From Gemmatimonadaceae bacterium (lineage in GTDB: Bacteria; Gemmatimonadota; Gemmatimonadetes; Gemmatimonadales; Gemmatimonadaceae), in the NCBI GenBank assembly GCA_044224875.1, contig JBGAJQ010000012.1, forward strand, positions 1 through 64,000: DNA of 64,000 nucleotides. Direction: 5' to 3'. The first letter of the stretch is position 1. Each line of letters opens with the position of its first letter. This document shows, piece after piece, positions 30,833 through 39,585 of this stretch. The notes beneath the pieces are model-generated. The model saw only the letters and a list, made by a program, of their open reading frames with translations. It ran no database searches and was not told where the DNA came from. A program made the position numbers and the translations under genes.

Positions 30833-31666
30833 ATGCGTGCCCTGACCGGATGTATTGTCCTGCTCATCGCTAGCGCCAGTGCTGGCGCGCAAGCAAAGGT
30901 GGCCAAGTATGTTCGTTACCTCTCGGACGGCCGTGCGCGCTACGGCATTGTGGAAGGCGAGCAGGTACGCCCGCTTCGCGCCGCTCCGTGGATCGATGCC
31001 ACGCCTGACGGCGCCGCGGTGCCACTCGCGCGTCTGCACTTGTTGGCACCGGCTGAGCCGTCGAAGGTCATCGCCGTCGGGTTGAACTACCAAACACATC
31101 TCGGAGAGCGCCCTGCCGCGGCCTATCCGGGGCTTTTTGCCAAGCTCCCCACGTCGATCATCGCGACGAATGAAGACATCGTCCTGCCACCAGACGCGCA
31201 GAACGCGCACTATGAGGGAGAGATGGTCCTCGTGATCGGAAAACGAGCGACGCGAGTGTCGAAAGAGTCGGCGAAGGACTACGTGTTTGGGGTAACCGTC
31301 GGTGACGACGTTTCCGAACGCGATTGGCAAAAGAACGACTTGCAGTGGTTCCGCGCCAAGGCATCCGACACCTTTGGTCCACTCGGCCCAATGATTGTTG
31401 CCGGGCTGAACTACGATGACTTGCTGCTGCAAACTCGCCTGAACGGACAGGTGGTCCAATCACAGCGTACCAAGGACCTGATCTTCAATGTCGCCGAGAT
31501 TGTGAGCTATGTAAGCCACTACGTCACCCTGATGCCTGGAGACGTGATTTACACGGGAACGTCGGGCACCACCAAGCGCATCGTGGCGGGCGACGTGGTC
31601 GAGGTGGAGCTGGAAGGTGTTGGTGTGCTGCGGAATCGGGTGACCCAGCCTGCGGGGGCCAGATGA
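30833..31666 (+). CDS. Fumarylacetoacetate (FAH) hydrolase family protein with Sec signal peptide
   Basis: KVIAVGLNY, HYEGEM, DVSERDWQ, KASDTFGPLGP, PGDVIYTGT; signal MRALTGCIVLLIASASAGAQA. Confidence 0.9.
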   Translation: MRALTGCIVLLIASASAGAQAKVAKYVRYLSDGRARYGIVEGEQVRPLRAAPWIDATPDGAAVPLARLHLLAPAEPSKVIAVGLNYQTHLGERPAAAYPGLFAKLPTSIIATNEDIVLPPDAQNAHYEGEMVLVIGKRATRVSKESAKDYVFGVTVGDDVSERDWQKNDLQWFRAKASDTFGPLGPMIVAGLNYDDLLLQTRLNGQVVQSQRTKDLIFNVAEIVSYVSHYVTLMPGDVIYTGTSGTTKRIVAGDVVEVELEGVGVLRNRVTQPAGAR

Positions 31667-32973
31667 GCGATCGCAATGGGCGCCGCCGGTTCCTTCGCTA
31701 CCTGGCTGCCAGCCCACTCTTTGCCGCAGCCGGCGTGACACCGCGGGCCCTCGCACGGCTGCTCGAGATTCGAGCTGACGAAGGCGGCCCGTGGCACTCT
31801 GGCGTTGGCATCGATGGCGTCTGGCGGGAACTCGAGCAGGTTCAACAGTCGACGGTAATCACGGCGCCGGAGCAAGCGCTCAACGTGATGGACTTTGAGC
31901 CGGTCGCGCGAATGAAGCTTCCACCCGCGCACTACGGGTATGTGGCCAGTAGCGTGGACGACGACTCGATGTTGCGCGTGAACCGCGAGGGCTTTCAACG
32001 CTTCCACCTGCGACCTCGCCGGATGGTGGACATTCGGTCGGTCGATGCATCGGTGCGGGTCTTTGGCGAACGATGGCCGACGCCGATCTTCATCTGCCCA
32101 GCCGCCAGTCACCGCGCGCTGCATCCTGAAGGCGAGATCGCGGTGGCCAAGGCGGCTCGCGCCAAGAACCACCTGCAAATGCTCTCCGGTGTTTCCACGA
32201 CGTCGGTGGAGGACGTCATCGCGGCACGCGGCGCACCCGTTTGGTACCAGCTGTATCCCACCGACGACATCGATGTGGGGATGGCGATTGCGCGTCGAGC
32301 GCATCGCGCGGGCAGTCCCGTGTTGATCCTGACGGTCGACCTCAATGCCGGCCGGAATGTGGAGACCCAATATCGGCTGGCCCGCGAGGACTCCCGCAAT
32401 TGCAGCGAGTGCCACCGGGACGGCATGGCGTCCTACACGCGACGCAAGCCGATGTTTGATGGCCTCGACTTGTCGAAGGTCACACAGGTCGAGTTCCCGG
32501 GAATGACGTGGGAGTACATCAAGCGCATGCGCGACAACGTCCCAGGGATGAAGCTCGTGGTGAAGGGCATCACGACACGGGAGGATGCGGCTGCGGCCGT
32601 GGCGCATGGCGTCGACGGCCTGATTGTCTCGAACCACGGAGGCCGAGCAGAGGACAGTGGTCGGTCGACGATCGAGAGTCTGCCCGAGGTTCTTTCCGCC
32701 GTGCGCGGGCGTGTTCCGGTGCTGATTGACAGCGGTTTCCGCCGCGGCACGGACGTGGTGAAGGCGATGGCACTGGGCGCGGGGTCCGTCGGCATCGGCC
32801 GCCCGTATTTGTGGGGGCTGGCGGCCTTTGGCCAGCCTGGCGTGGAGATGGTGTTGACGATCCTGCGCCGCGAGACTGAACTAGTGTTTCGCCAGCTGGG
32901 AGCCACGACGCTGGCGCGTCTCACGCCAGATCGCGTCGTCTCACCGGCGGGGTCAGCCGCGGTGCGACGCTAG
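31663..32973 (+). CDS. FMN-dependent alpha-hydroxy-acid oxidase/dehydrogenase with Tat signal and CxxCH motif
   Basis: GRRRFLRYL Tat-like leader; WYQLY, LTVD, VVKGI, VSNHGGR, DSGFRRGTD; CSECH at 32401-32415. Confidence 0.92.
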   Translation: MSDRNGRRRFLRYLAASPLFAAAGVTPRALARLLEIRADEGGPWHSGVGIDGVWRELEQVQQSTVITAPEQALNVMDFEPVARMKLPPAHYGYVASSVDDDSMLRVNREGFQRFHLRPRRMVDIRSVDASVRVFGERWPTPIFICPAASHRALHPEGEIAVAKAARAKNHLQMLSGVSTTSVEDVIAARGAPVWYQLYPTDDIDVGMAIARRAHRAGSPVLILTVDLNAGRNVETQYRLAREDSRNCSECHRDGMASYTRRKPMFDGLDLSKVTQVEFPGMTWEYIKRMRDNVPGMKLVVKGITTREDAAAAVAHGVDGLIVSNHGGRAEDSGRSTIESLPEVLSAVRGRVPVLIDSGFRRGTDVVKAMALGAGSVGIGRPYLWGLAAFGQPGVEMVLTILRRETELVFRQLGATTLARLTPDRVVSPAGSAAVRR

Positions 32974-32983
32974 GGGCGCCACG

Positions 32984-33631
32984 CTACCGTCGACGCACTC
33001 CCTTGCGGCTCATCGTGTCGGTCTTGAACCGGCCGCGTTCGTCCATGGCCTGCAGGTTGGATTCGATGCGTTCGACGTAGCCGAGTGTTTCTACGTGGCG
33101 CCAACGTGGCACGCGCGGCGCCACCTGAGTGATGTGCTGCCAGTTGCGCACATCCAGTGACTCACGGCGGGCGACGGCCTGGGCATTGAGGATCGTACGA
33201 CGCCCGGCGTTGTAACTGGCGAACATGAAATTCTCGCGACCGGCATCGACCGAGTCCGCTGCCCACAGGTTCCAAAGGGAGCGATCGTACATGATGCCCG
33301 CCCCGATGTTCATGTCGGGGTTGGCGATCGAGCGCAGCTCAGGCTGTTGCGAACGGACTTGCTTGAACGTGGACGGCATCAATTGCATCACGCCTTGCGC
33401 ACCAACCCAGCTCCTGGCGTTCGGGTCCAGGTTGCTCTCGGCCATCCCCTGTGCCTTGAACAGCCGCCAATCGTAGCCCGGGCCAAAGTATCGCTTGGTG
33501 TACTTCCGGAAGGTTTCGTCGTACCGCTCGCTGTCCGCCTCTCGTTGGAGCTGTCCGTGGCTCCGCTGCGGCGTTGCGCACAGCGTGACGGCAACGCACA
33601 GACATGTCCATCCGCACGTCAACGGGCGCAT
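32984..33631 (-). CDS. SLT-domain lytic transglycosylase (MltF-like catalytic domain)
   Basis: DWRLFKAQGMAESNL, GAQGVMQLMP, ASYNAG, ETLGYV. Confidence 0.9.
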   Translation of the reverse strand: MRPLTCGWTCLCVAVTLCATPQRSHGQLQREADSERYDETFRKYTKRYFGPGYDWRLFKAQGMAESNLDPNARSWVGAQGVMQLMPSTFKQVRSQQPELRSIANPDMNIGAGIMYDRSLWNLWAADSVDAGRENFMFASYNAGRRTILNAQAVARRESLDVRNWQHITQVAPRVPRWRHVETLGYVERIESNLQAMDERGRFKTDTMSRKGVRRR

Positions 33632-33632
33632 C

Positions 33633-33836
33633 TCAGTTCAGGGACTTGGCGATGATCATAGCGACCGAAACAAAGATCGCGGCGATGAAGATGCCGACCG
33701 CGACGTTCCCCTTCCGCAACTCCTCGTTGAAGTTCACGCTGGGCGTGAGCCAGTCGATCACTCGATATGAGACGAACATCAGGACGACGCCGAGCGCGGC
33801 ATACAGGAAGTTGGTGCCTATGATCGACCACTCCAT
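33633..33836 (-). CDS. DUF350-family small membrane protein
   Basis: Two TMs flanking IDWLTP..FNEELRKGNVAVGI; GGAGG RBS. Confidence 0.85.
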   Translation of the reverse strand: MEWSIIGTNFLYAALGVVLMFVSYRVIDWLTPSVNFNEELRKGNVAVGIFIAAIFVSVAMIIAKSLN

Positions 33837-33941
33837 GGACGGCTGCCTCCGGGCGGTGGGGAAGGACTCGTGTGCGGAGCCGGTCTGCGTTTGATCGTGG
33901 ATCCCAACGGCGCGGTCCGCGGTTCTTCTGAAGTGAGTCAG

Positions 33942-35870
33942 CTAGGGGACAGCGAGTGCGAGCAACTCCGAACGTGTGCCGCCAGTTGCGTTCGAAACCC
34001 AAAGGGCGACGAATTGCTTGCCAGCCGACATGTACGACATCGGCGGACTCGCCACGGACCCCGGGAGGGCGATTTCGGCGATCGTGGCACCCGTTGTCTT
34101 GTCGATGGCACGCAGGATCTGTTCGCCGCCGTAACCGTCAGCTTCAAACAGCAAGGTCTTGGTCGCCAGCGTAACCGGCCGGCCAAAGCCACCCGTGCGC
34201 GGAATCGTGAGCCCGCGCAACGCCGGATGGTTCGCAATGGACGATGGCGTATTGGCGCCGGGAACCATCCACAGGTGGTGGCCGTCGTGCAGGTTGATGG
34301 CGGTCACGCGATTGTATGGCGGCTTGATGAGCGGCAACCCCGAGACCGTTGGTGGACTGCCTCCCATCTGCACCAAGTCCATGTCCGAACGCTCGGGTAC
34401 ATGCGCCAGCCCTAGCACGGCGGGCATGGTGTGCGTCGGTACGAACAGCACGCCGGCCTCTGGATCGTACGTTGCGTGCTCCCAGTTTACGCCACCCACA
34501 GAGCCGGGAAGGGAGAGTGTCCCTCGTGTGCCGTCAGGCGCGTTGAGTAGTGACGACGGCGTGAAGAGGGGCCCCAGTCGAAATGACTTGATGACCTCGA
34601 GCGCCTTGGTTCGCAGTTCTGGTGTGAAGTCGATCAGGTCATCTACGGTCACGCCCTGGCGATCAAACGCGGCCGGACGCGTGGGTATTGGCTGCGTCGC
34701 CGATGCATGTTCGGAGGGGATGTCACTGGCCGGCACGGCCCGCTCTTCGATCGGCCAGATCGGGTCGCCACTCACCCGATCGAACACGTAGGCAAACGAC
34801 TGTTTCGTCAGCTGCACCACGATTTCTCGGGGGCGTCCGTCGACTGCAACGTCGGCCAGGATTGGTGCCGTGGGGTTATCCCAGTCCCAGATGTCGTGGT
34901 GGATGATCTGCGCGTGCCATACGCGTTTGCCCGTCCGGATATCCAGACATACCAGTGAGGTGGAGAACAGGTTGTTCCCCGGTCGGTGGCCCCCGTAATA
35001 GTCGCCGGTCGCTGCTTCGACTGGCACGTAGAGCAGGCCTCGTTTGACATCGACGGACATTGGCGCCCACGCGCCGGCGTTGCCCGTATACTCCCACGAC
35101 CTCGCCTCCCATGTGTCATTGCCGAACTCACCGGGCTGCGGAATGGTGTTGAACCGCCAGATCAGTTCACCGCTGCGCGCGTCGATTGCCAGGATGCGAC
35201 CCGGGACGTTGCGCCTCGACTTCGGTACTAGGCCAACCTCCAGCGCGGGGCCAACGACTACGACGTTCCCGAACACGACGGGCGGTGACGAATTGCCGAT
35301 GGCGGCCGAGTCAACGTTCAGTGGCACGCCGAGTTTGAGCTTGAGATCGACGATGCCCGCGTTGCCGAACGAGGGAATTGGCTTTCCGGTGCGGGCGTCC
35401 AGCGCCACCAGCTGAAACCCGGGCGTCACGACGAAAATGCGCTCGGTCACGCCGTCGGTCCAATACGACACGCCTCGTCCGGCGCCCTTGCGTGGCGCCA
35501 CCTTGAACCGGCTGTCCTCGGTCATGGACCACGTCCACTTCACGGCTCCGGATGCCGGATCGACCGCCACGACACCGCGGTTCGTACCTGACGGGAAATA
35601 CATCGTATTCCGCACGACAATCGGCGTGCTCTCGTTGCGCAGCTCACGCTCAGTCGTGTCCGGACGCCATCGCCAGGCAATGGCGAGCCGTTGTACGTTC
35701 TCCCTCGTGATCTGCTGCAACGGGGCAAAGCGCGTCCCCATCAGGTCACGGTGATGGTACCGCCATTCCCCAGGCTCCTGGGCACCATCCGTCGGCCGCT
35801 GTGCACCTAACGATGCAGCTGCGGCGACGAGTGCCGCGGTCAGCATCGTTCCCATCATTCGTTGGATCAT
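33942..35870 (-). CDS. Periplasmic PQQ-binding beta-propeller dehydrogenase (glucose/quinate dehydrogenase-like)
   Basis: QITRENV, ESTPI, RGVSYW, DYYGGHRPGNNLF, HHDIWDWD, KPPY. Confidence 0.88.
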   Translation of the reverse strand: MIQRMMGTMLTAALVAAAASLGAQRPTDGAQEPGEWRYHHRDLMGTRFAPLQQITRENVQRLAIAWRWRPDTTERELRNESTPIVVRNTMYFPSGTNRGVVAVDPASGAVKWTWSMTEDSRFKVAPRKGAGRGVSYWTDGVTERIFVVTPGFQLVALDARTGKPIPSFGNAGIVDLKLKLGVPLNVDSAAIGNSSPPVVFGNVVVVGPALEVGLVPKSRRNVPGRILAIDARSGELIWRFNTIPQPGEFGNDTWEARSWEYTGNAGAWAPMSVDVKRGLLYVPVEAATGDYYGGHRPGNNLFSTSLVCLDIRTGKRVWHAQIIHHDIWDWDNPTAPILADVAVDGRPREIVVQLTKQSFAYVFDRVSGDPIWPIEERAVPASDIPSEHASATQPIPTRPAAFDRQGVTVDDLIDFTPELRTKALEVIKSFRLGPLFTPSSLLNAPDGTRGTLSLPGSVGGVNWEHATYDPEAGVLFVPTHTMPAVLGLAHVPERSDMDLVQMGGSPPTVSGLPLIKPPYNRVTAINLHDGHHLWMVPGANTPSSIANHPALRGLTIPRTGGFGRPVTLATKTLLFEADGYGGEQILRAIDKTTGATIAEIALPGSVASPPMSYMSAGKQFVALWVSNATGGTRSELLALAVP

Positions 35871-35904
35871 TTCTGGTCTTGCTCAGGGGCTACAACTACG
35901 GGCT

Positions 35905-37359
35905 TCAGGAGATCGACTTCTGCGTCGTGACCCGTTTCACGAGCCGGTACATGAACTCGACGCCGTCAAAAAACGCCTTCTGGGGAATCCGCTCGTTCAT
36001 GCCGTGGGCGAACGTGTCTCCATAGAAGAAGCCGGAAACGCCGTACACCGGCGTGCCGGCATTGCGCAGGTACAACCCGTCGGTCGCACCCGTACTCATC
36101 GTCGGAATAACGGGCACACCGGGCCACATGTCCTTCGTCACCCGCTCGATCTCGCCAAACAGCTCCGCCGTAAGCGGTGAGGGTGGTGAGTTCCGCGCTT
36201 CGCCTTGCGCGGTGACGGCGACCTTGGGGTCGGCTACCGTGCGCTCGATCGCCTTCCGGATGTCCTCGGGGTTCTCGTCCGGCAGGATGCGACAATTCAC
36301 GTACGCACGTGCACGTTGTGGCAGGGCGTTCATCGCATGCCCCCCTTCCAGCATGGTGGCAACACAGGTGGTTCGCAGCTGGGAGTTGTAGCGAGGATCT
36401 GTCGAAAGCGTGGCGGCCGCCGCGGCGTCGCTCGGATTCTTGACGATGGCGGCCATGGCCTTGCCCATCGGCCCCGGGGTCAGTGGCGCCGAGCGTTCGA
36501 AGTAAGCGCGCGTGATGTCATTTAAGTGCACCGGCAGATCCAACGCACCAACCTTCACGAGTGCCGCCGCCAACTGGGTGATGGCATTCTCCTTGGTCGG
36601 GACCGAGCTGTGTCCACCCGGGTTTGTCGTCTCCAGCAGGAACATCTGGAACTTCTTCTCACTGGCCTGAATGTCGTGAGAGACGTTCTTGCCTTCCTTC
36701 ACCCGGCCGCCGCCCCCTTCATTGAAGGCGTACTCGGCGCGCAGGAGGTCCGGATGGTTCTTCAGCAGCCAATCCACGCCATTCGCCGCTCCCCCTTCTT
36801 CATCGGCCGTGAGCGCAACCACGATGTCGCGCTCTGGTACATATCCCTCGGCCTTCAGCCGCAACAGGATTGACATGTACATCGCCGCATCGTCCTTGTC
36901 GTCGGAGACCCCGCGACCATAGAACGTGCTGTCCTTCTCGATGAAGGTGAACGGAGGCAGGGTCCAGTCCTCGGCCTTCGCCTCGACGACGTCGATGTGT
37001 GCGAGCAGCAAGATCGGCTTCTTGGTCGCGTCCTTGCCGTGCAGGCGCGCCACCATGTTGCCCTTCCGCGGGGCGTTCTCCAGCACGACGACATCCGAGT
37101 CCGGGAAACCCGCGGCCTTGAGACGCGCCGCCATGGCCTTGGCCGCCTGGGCCGTGGAACCGGAACTCTCGGTCGTGTTGATCTCGATGAGCTCCTTGAA
37201 GATGTTGCGGGCCAACGAGTCCCACTTGGTCTTGGCCAGCGACTGCGCTGACGCAGTGATCGGCAGCAGGCACGCGGACATCGCGACGGCAGCGACTACC
37301 CGGCGGAGTTTCGATTGGTGCGCGGCGAGCGCGCGCGGCGGGATGGGAGATGCGTACAT
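35905..37359 (-). CDS. Secreted M20/M25/M40 family metallopeptidase
   Basis: LLAHIDVV, GRGVSDDK, ADEEGG, NEGG, GGHSS, HGMNERI. Confidence 0.9.
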   Translation of the reverse strand: MYASPIPPRALAAHQSKLRRVVAAVAMSACLLPITASAQSLAKTKWDSLARNIFKELIEINTTESSGSTAQAAKAMAARLKAAGFPDSDVVVLENAPRKGNMVARLHGKDATKKPILLLAHIDVVEAKAEDWTLPPFTFIEKDSTFYGRGVSDDKDDAAMYMSILLRLKAEGYVPERDIVVALTADEEGGAANGVDWLLKNHPDLLRAEYAFNEGGGGRVKEGKNVSHDIQASEKKFQMFLLETTNPGGHSSVPTKENAITQLAAALVKVGALDLPVHLNDITRAYFERSAPLTPGPMGKAMAAIVKNPSDAAAAATLSTDPRYNSQLRTTCVATMLEGGHAMNALPQRARAYVNCRILPDENPEDIRKAIERTVADPKVAVTAQGEARNSPPSPLTAELFGEIERVTKDMWPGVPVIPTMSTGATDGLYLRNAGTPVYGVSGFFYGDTFAHGMNERIPQKAFFDGVEFMYRLVKRVTTQKSIS

Positions 37360-37499
37360 GTGACCGATGGGAAGGGATGCAGCGCGGCGTTGGGTTGGCG
37401 CGATACAGTACGTGCACGTGCCCTCAACTTACGCCGTCGAGCGCTCGCCCGCTGCTGGTTGGCCGTCGACGCGCGCCAAGCGGAGATTACTTTTCGCGT

Positions 37500-38612
37500 A
37501 TGGGACGAACTCCTTTGAACCTACGCACGCGTTGTTTTCTTGCCGCCGCCCTGCTGCTGGCGTCGGCGAGCGCCTGCCGGCGCGAACTTGCGTCCGAGCG
37601 TGGGGCGATGACAGGGTTCCGCGGCATCTCCCTTTCGAGCCCCATTCCAAAGCCCTCGTTTGTGCTGACCGGAACGGACGGCCAGCCGTACGACTTTGGC
37701 AAGGACACACAGGGGAAGGTGGCGCTGCTGTTCTTCGGCTACACGCACTGCCCTGACGTTTGTCCATTGCACATGGCGAACATCGCGGCCGTGTTGCAGA
37801 GGCTGACGATGGAGCAACGAAACCTGGTGCGCGTCGTATTCGTGACGACCGACCCGGAACGCGACACGCCAGCGCGCCTTAAGGAATGGTTGGGCGCGAT
37901 CGACCCGTCGTTCATCGGCCTCACCGGCACCAAGCTCGTTCTGGACTCCATTCAAAAGGCGTTAGGCATGCCGCCTGCCCTCAAGGAAGTTCCGGAGGGC
38001 GGCGATAGCGCCAACTATTTCATTGCCCACGCCGCGCAGGTGGTGGCCTTTGCCCGAGATGGCAATGCCTACCTCATTTATCCCAATGGCATTCGTCAGG
38101 AGGACTGGGCGCATGACCTGCCCAAGTTGATTGACGACGCCACGGGAGAGTCCATCCGAAAGGAACTGACCGCCAGCGCGTCCAACGTCGGTGCCACCAC
38201 GCCACCGGAGGCACCGGTTCAGATGGCCGGCATCGTGGTTCCGGTGGCGATTATTGCCCAGCCACTCTCCCGGAGTGAGGCCTCGTTGTACCTGATCGTG
38301 CACAACGGAACGCCGCAGGACGACGAGCTCGTCGGAATTTCCACATCGGTGGCGAGCATGGCGACGCTGCATGATTCGTTTTCCGGCGGCAAGATGGCGT
38401 CGATTGCCTCGGTCCCGGTCCCCCGCGGTGGCGAATTGCGCCTGGAACCGGGCGCGAGGCACGGCATGCTCATGGGGCTCACCAAGGACCTGCGCGCCGG
38501 GGATACCGTGTTTGTCACGTTGAACCTGAAGGTCGCCGGCGCGCTGGAAGCCAGCGCGATCGTGGTGCCGTATGCGGACGTCCAGAAGACGTTCGACCAA
38601 GTGAAGCGTTAG
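37500..38612 (+). CDS. SCO1/SenC - PCuAC copper-chaperone fusion lipoprotein
   Basis: ASAC lipobox; FGYTHCPDVCP and DPERD (SCO); C-terminal LHDSFSGGKM..LEPGARHGMLMGL (PCuAC). Confidence 0.88.
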   Translation: MGRTPLNLRTRCFLAAALLLASASACRRELASERGAMTGFRGISLSSPIPKPSFVLTGTDGQPYDFGKDTQGKVALLFFGYTHCPDVCPLHMANIAAVLQRLTMEQRNLVRVVFVTTDPERDTPARLKEWLGAIDPSFIGLTGTKLVLDSIQKALGMPPALKEVPEGGDSANYFIAHAAQVVAFARDGNAYLIYPNGIRQEDWAHDLPKLIDDATGESIRKELTASASNVGATTPPEAPVQMAGIVVPVAIIAQPLSRSEASLYLIVHNGTPQDDELVGISTSVASMATLHDSFSGGKMASIASVPVPRGGELRLEPGARHGMLMGLTKDLRAGDTVFVTLNLKVAGALEASAIVVPYADVQKTFDQVKR

Positions 38613-38644
38613 GTGTGCCACAACCTTCCAGCCGGTAGGCGTTG

Positions 38645-39445
38645 ATGCAGTTCTGGTGTGCCGCCAACGGCGCGGCGTGGACGTGGAACTGGCGCCCCTA
38701 TCCTGGCGTCTGGCTGTTCGTGCTGCTGCTCGCGCTCGCAGTATGGCGGTGGAATCGCGCGGGAGCGCGACGTGCCTTCGTGTCGCCGTCGCCAACGCAC
38801 CCCCTCTTTTATGTCGGGCTGGTCGTCCTGTGGCTGGCGCTCGACTGGCCGATCGGGGCACTCGGCGCGGGCTACCTGGCCAGCGTGCACATGCTGCAGT
38901 TCCTGCTGGTGGCCCTGGTGGCGCCACCATTGTTGCTACAGGGCGTCCAACCCAATGCCCTGGCCATGCTGGGGGGGAGTGGCTGGCGATCGCGCCTCAT
39001 GACGCGCGTGACGGCCCCACTCCTGGCATTGATCCTCTTCAACGCCACGGTGCTCCTGACGCATCTTCCTGGCGTCGTAGATGGACTCATGACCTCGCAA
39101 GTTGGGTCTTTCCTGATCGATGTGTTGTGGCTGGCGGCTGGGCTCCTGTTCTGGTGGCCCGTCGTGCTCCCCTACCCAGCGCACCCGAAATTCCAGTCGC
39201 CACTCAAGATGGGATATCTGGTGCTCGGCATGATGTTCAGCCCCGTCATGTTCGGCTTGGTCGGTTTTCTCGTGTACGCATCGACGCCGCTGTACGGCGT
39301 GTTTGAGCTCGCGCCTCCGCTCCCCGGCGTCTCATCACAGGCCGACCACCAGACAGCAGGGGCGCTCATGAGTGTGGGCGGCGCCATCATTTCCTTCATC
39401 GGAATCAGTGTGATTTTCTTTCGCTGGAGCAAGGAAACCGCGTAG
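38645..39445 (+). CDS. ctaG: Cytochrome c oxidase assembly factor CtaG (caa3-type) family
   Basis: SVHMLQF, APPLLL, LTHLP, LFWWPV, DHQTAGALM. Confidence 0.85.
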   Translation: MQFWCAANGAAWTWNWRPYPGVWLFVLLLALAVWRWNRAGARRAFVSPSPTHPLFYVGLVVLWLALDWPIGALGAGYLASVHMLQFLLVALVAPPLLLQGVQPNALAMLGGSGWRSRLMTRVTAPLLALILFNATVLLTHLPGVVDGLMTSQVGSFLIDVLWLAAGLLFWWPVVLPYPAHPKFQSPLKMGYLVLGMMFSPVMFGLVGFLVYASTPLYGVFELAPPLPGVSSQADHQTAGALMSVGGAIISFIGISVIFFRWSKETA

Positions 39446-39479
39446 GTCGTCACCAGCGGCAGCCGTTTGGCTGCACGCG

Positions 39480-39495
39480 TGGCACCAGATCCGCT
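39480..39495 (+). promoter_or_regulatory. Candidate sigma-54 promoter for the DUF5916-like gene
   Basis: TGGCACCAGATCCGCT, GG-N10-GC, about 90 nt upstream of ATG 39586. Confidence 0.45.
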
Positions 39496-39585
39496 GGAAT
39501 TGGAACCGGCCATAGCCGTGCGGCGCGCGGCGACGCATCATACGCCCCGTCATTCGCGCACCTCGCCTGTCCCTCGCTTTTCGTC

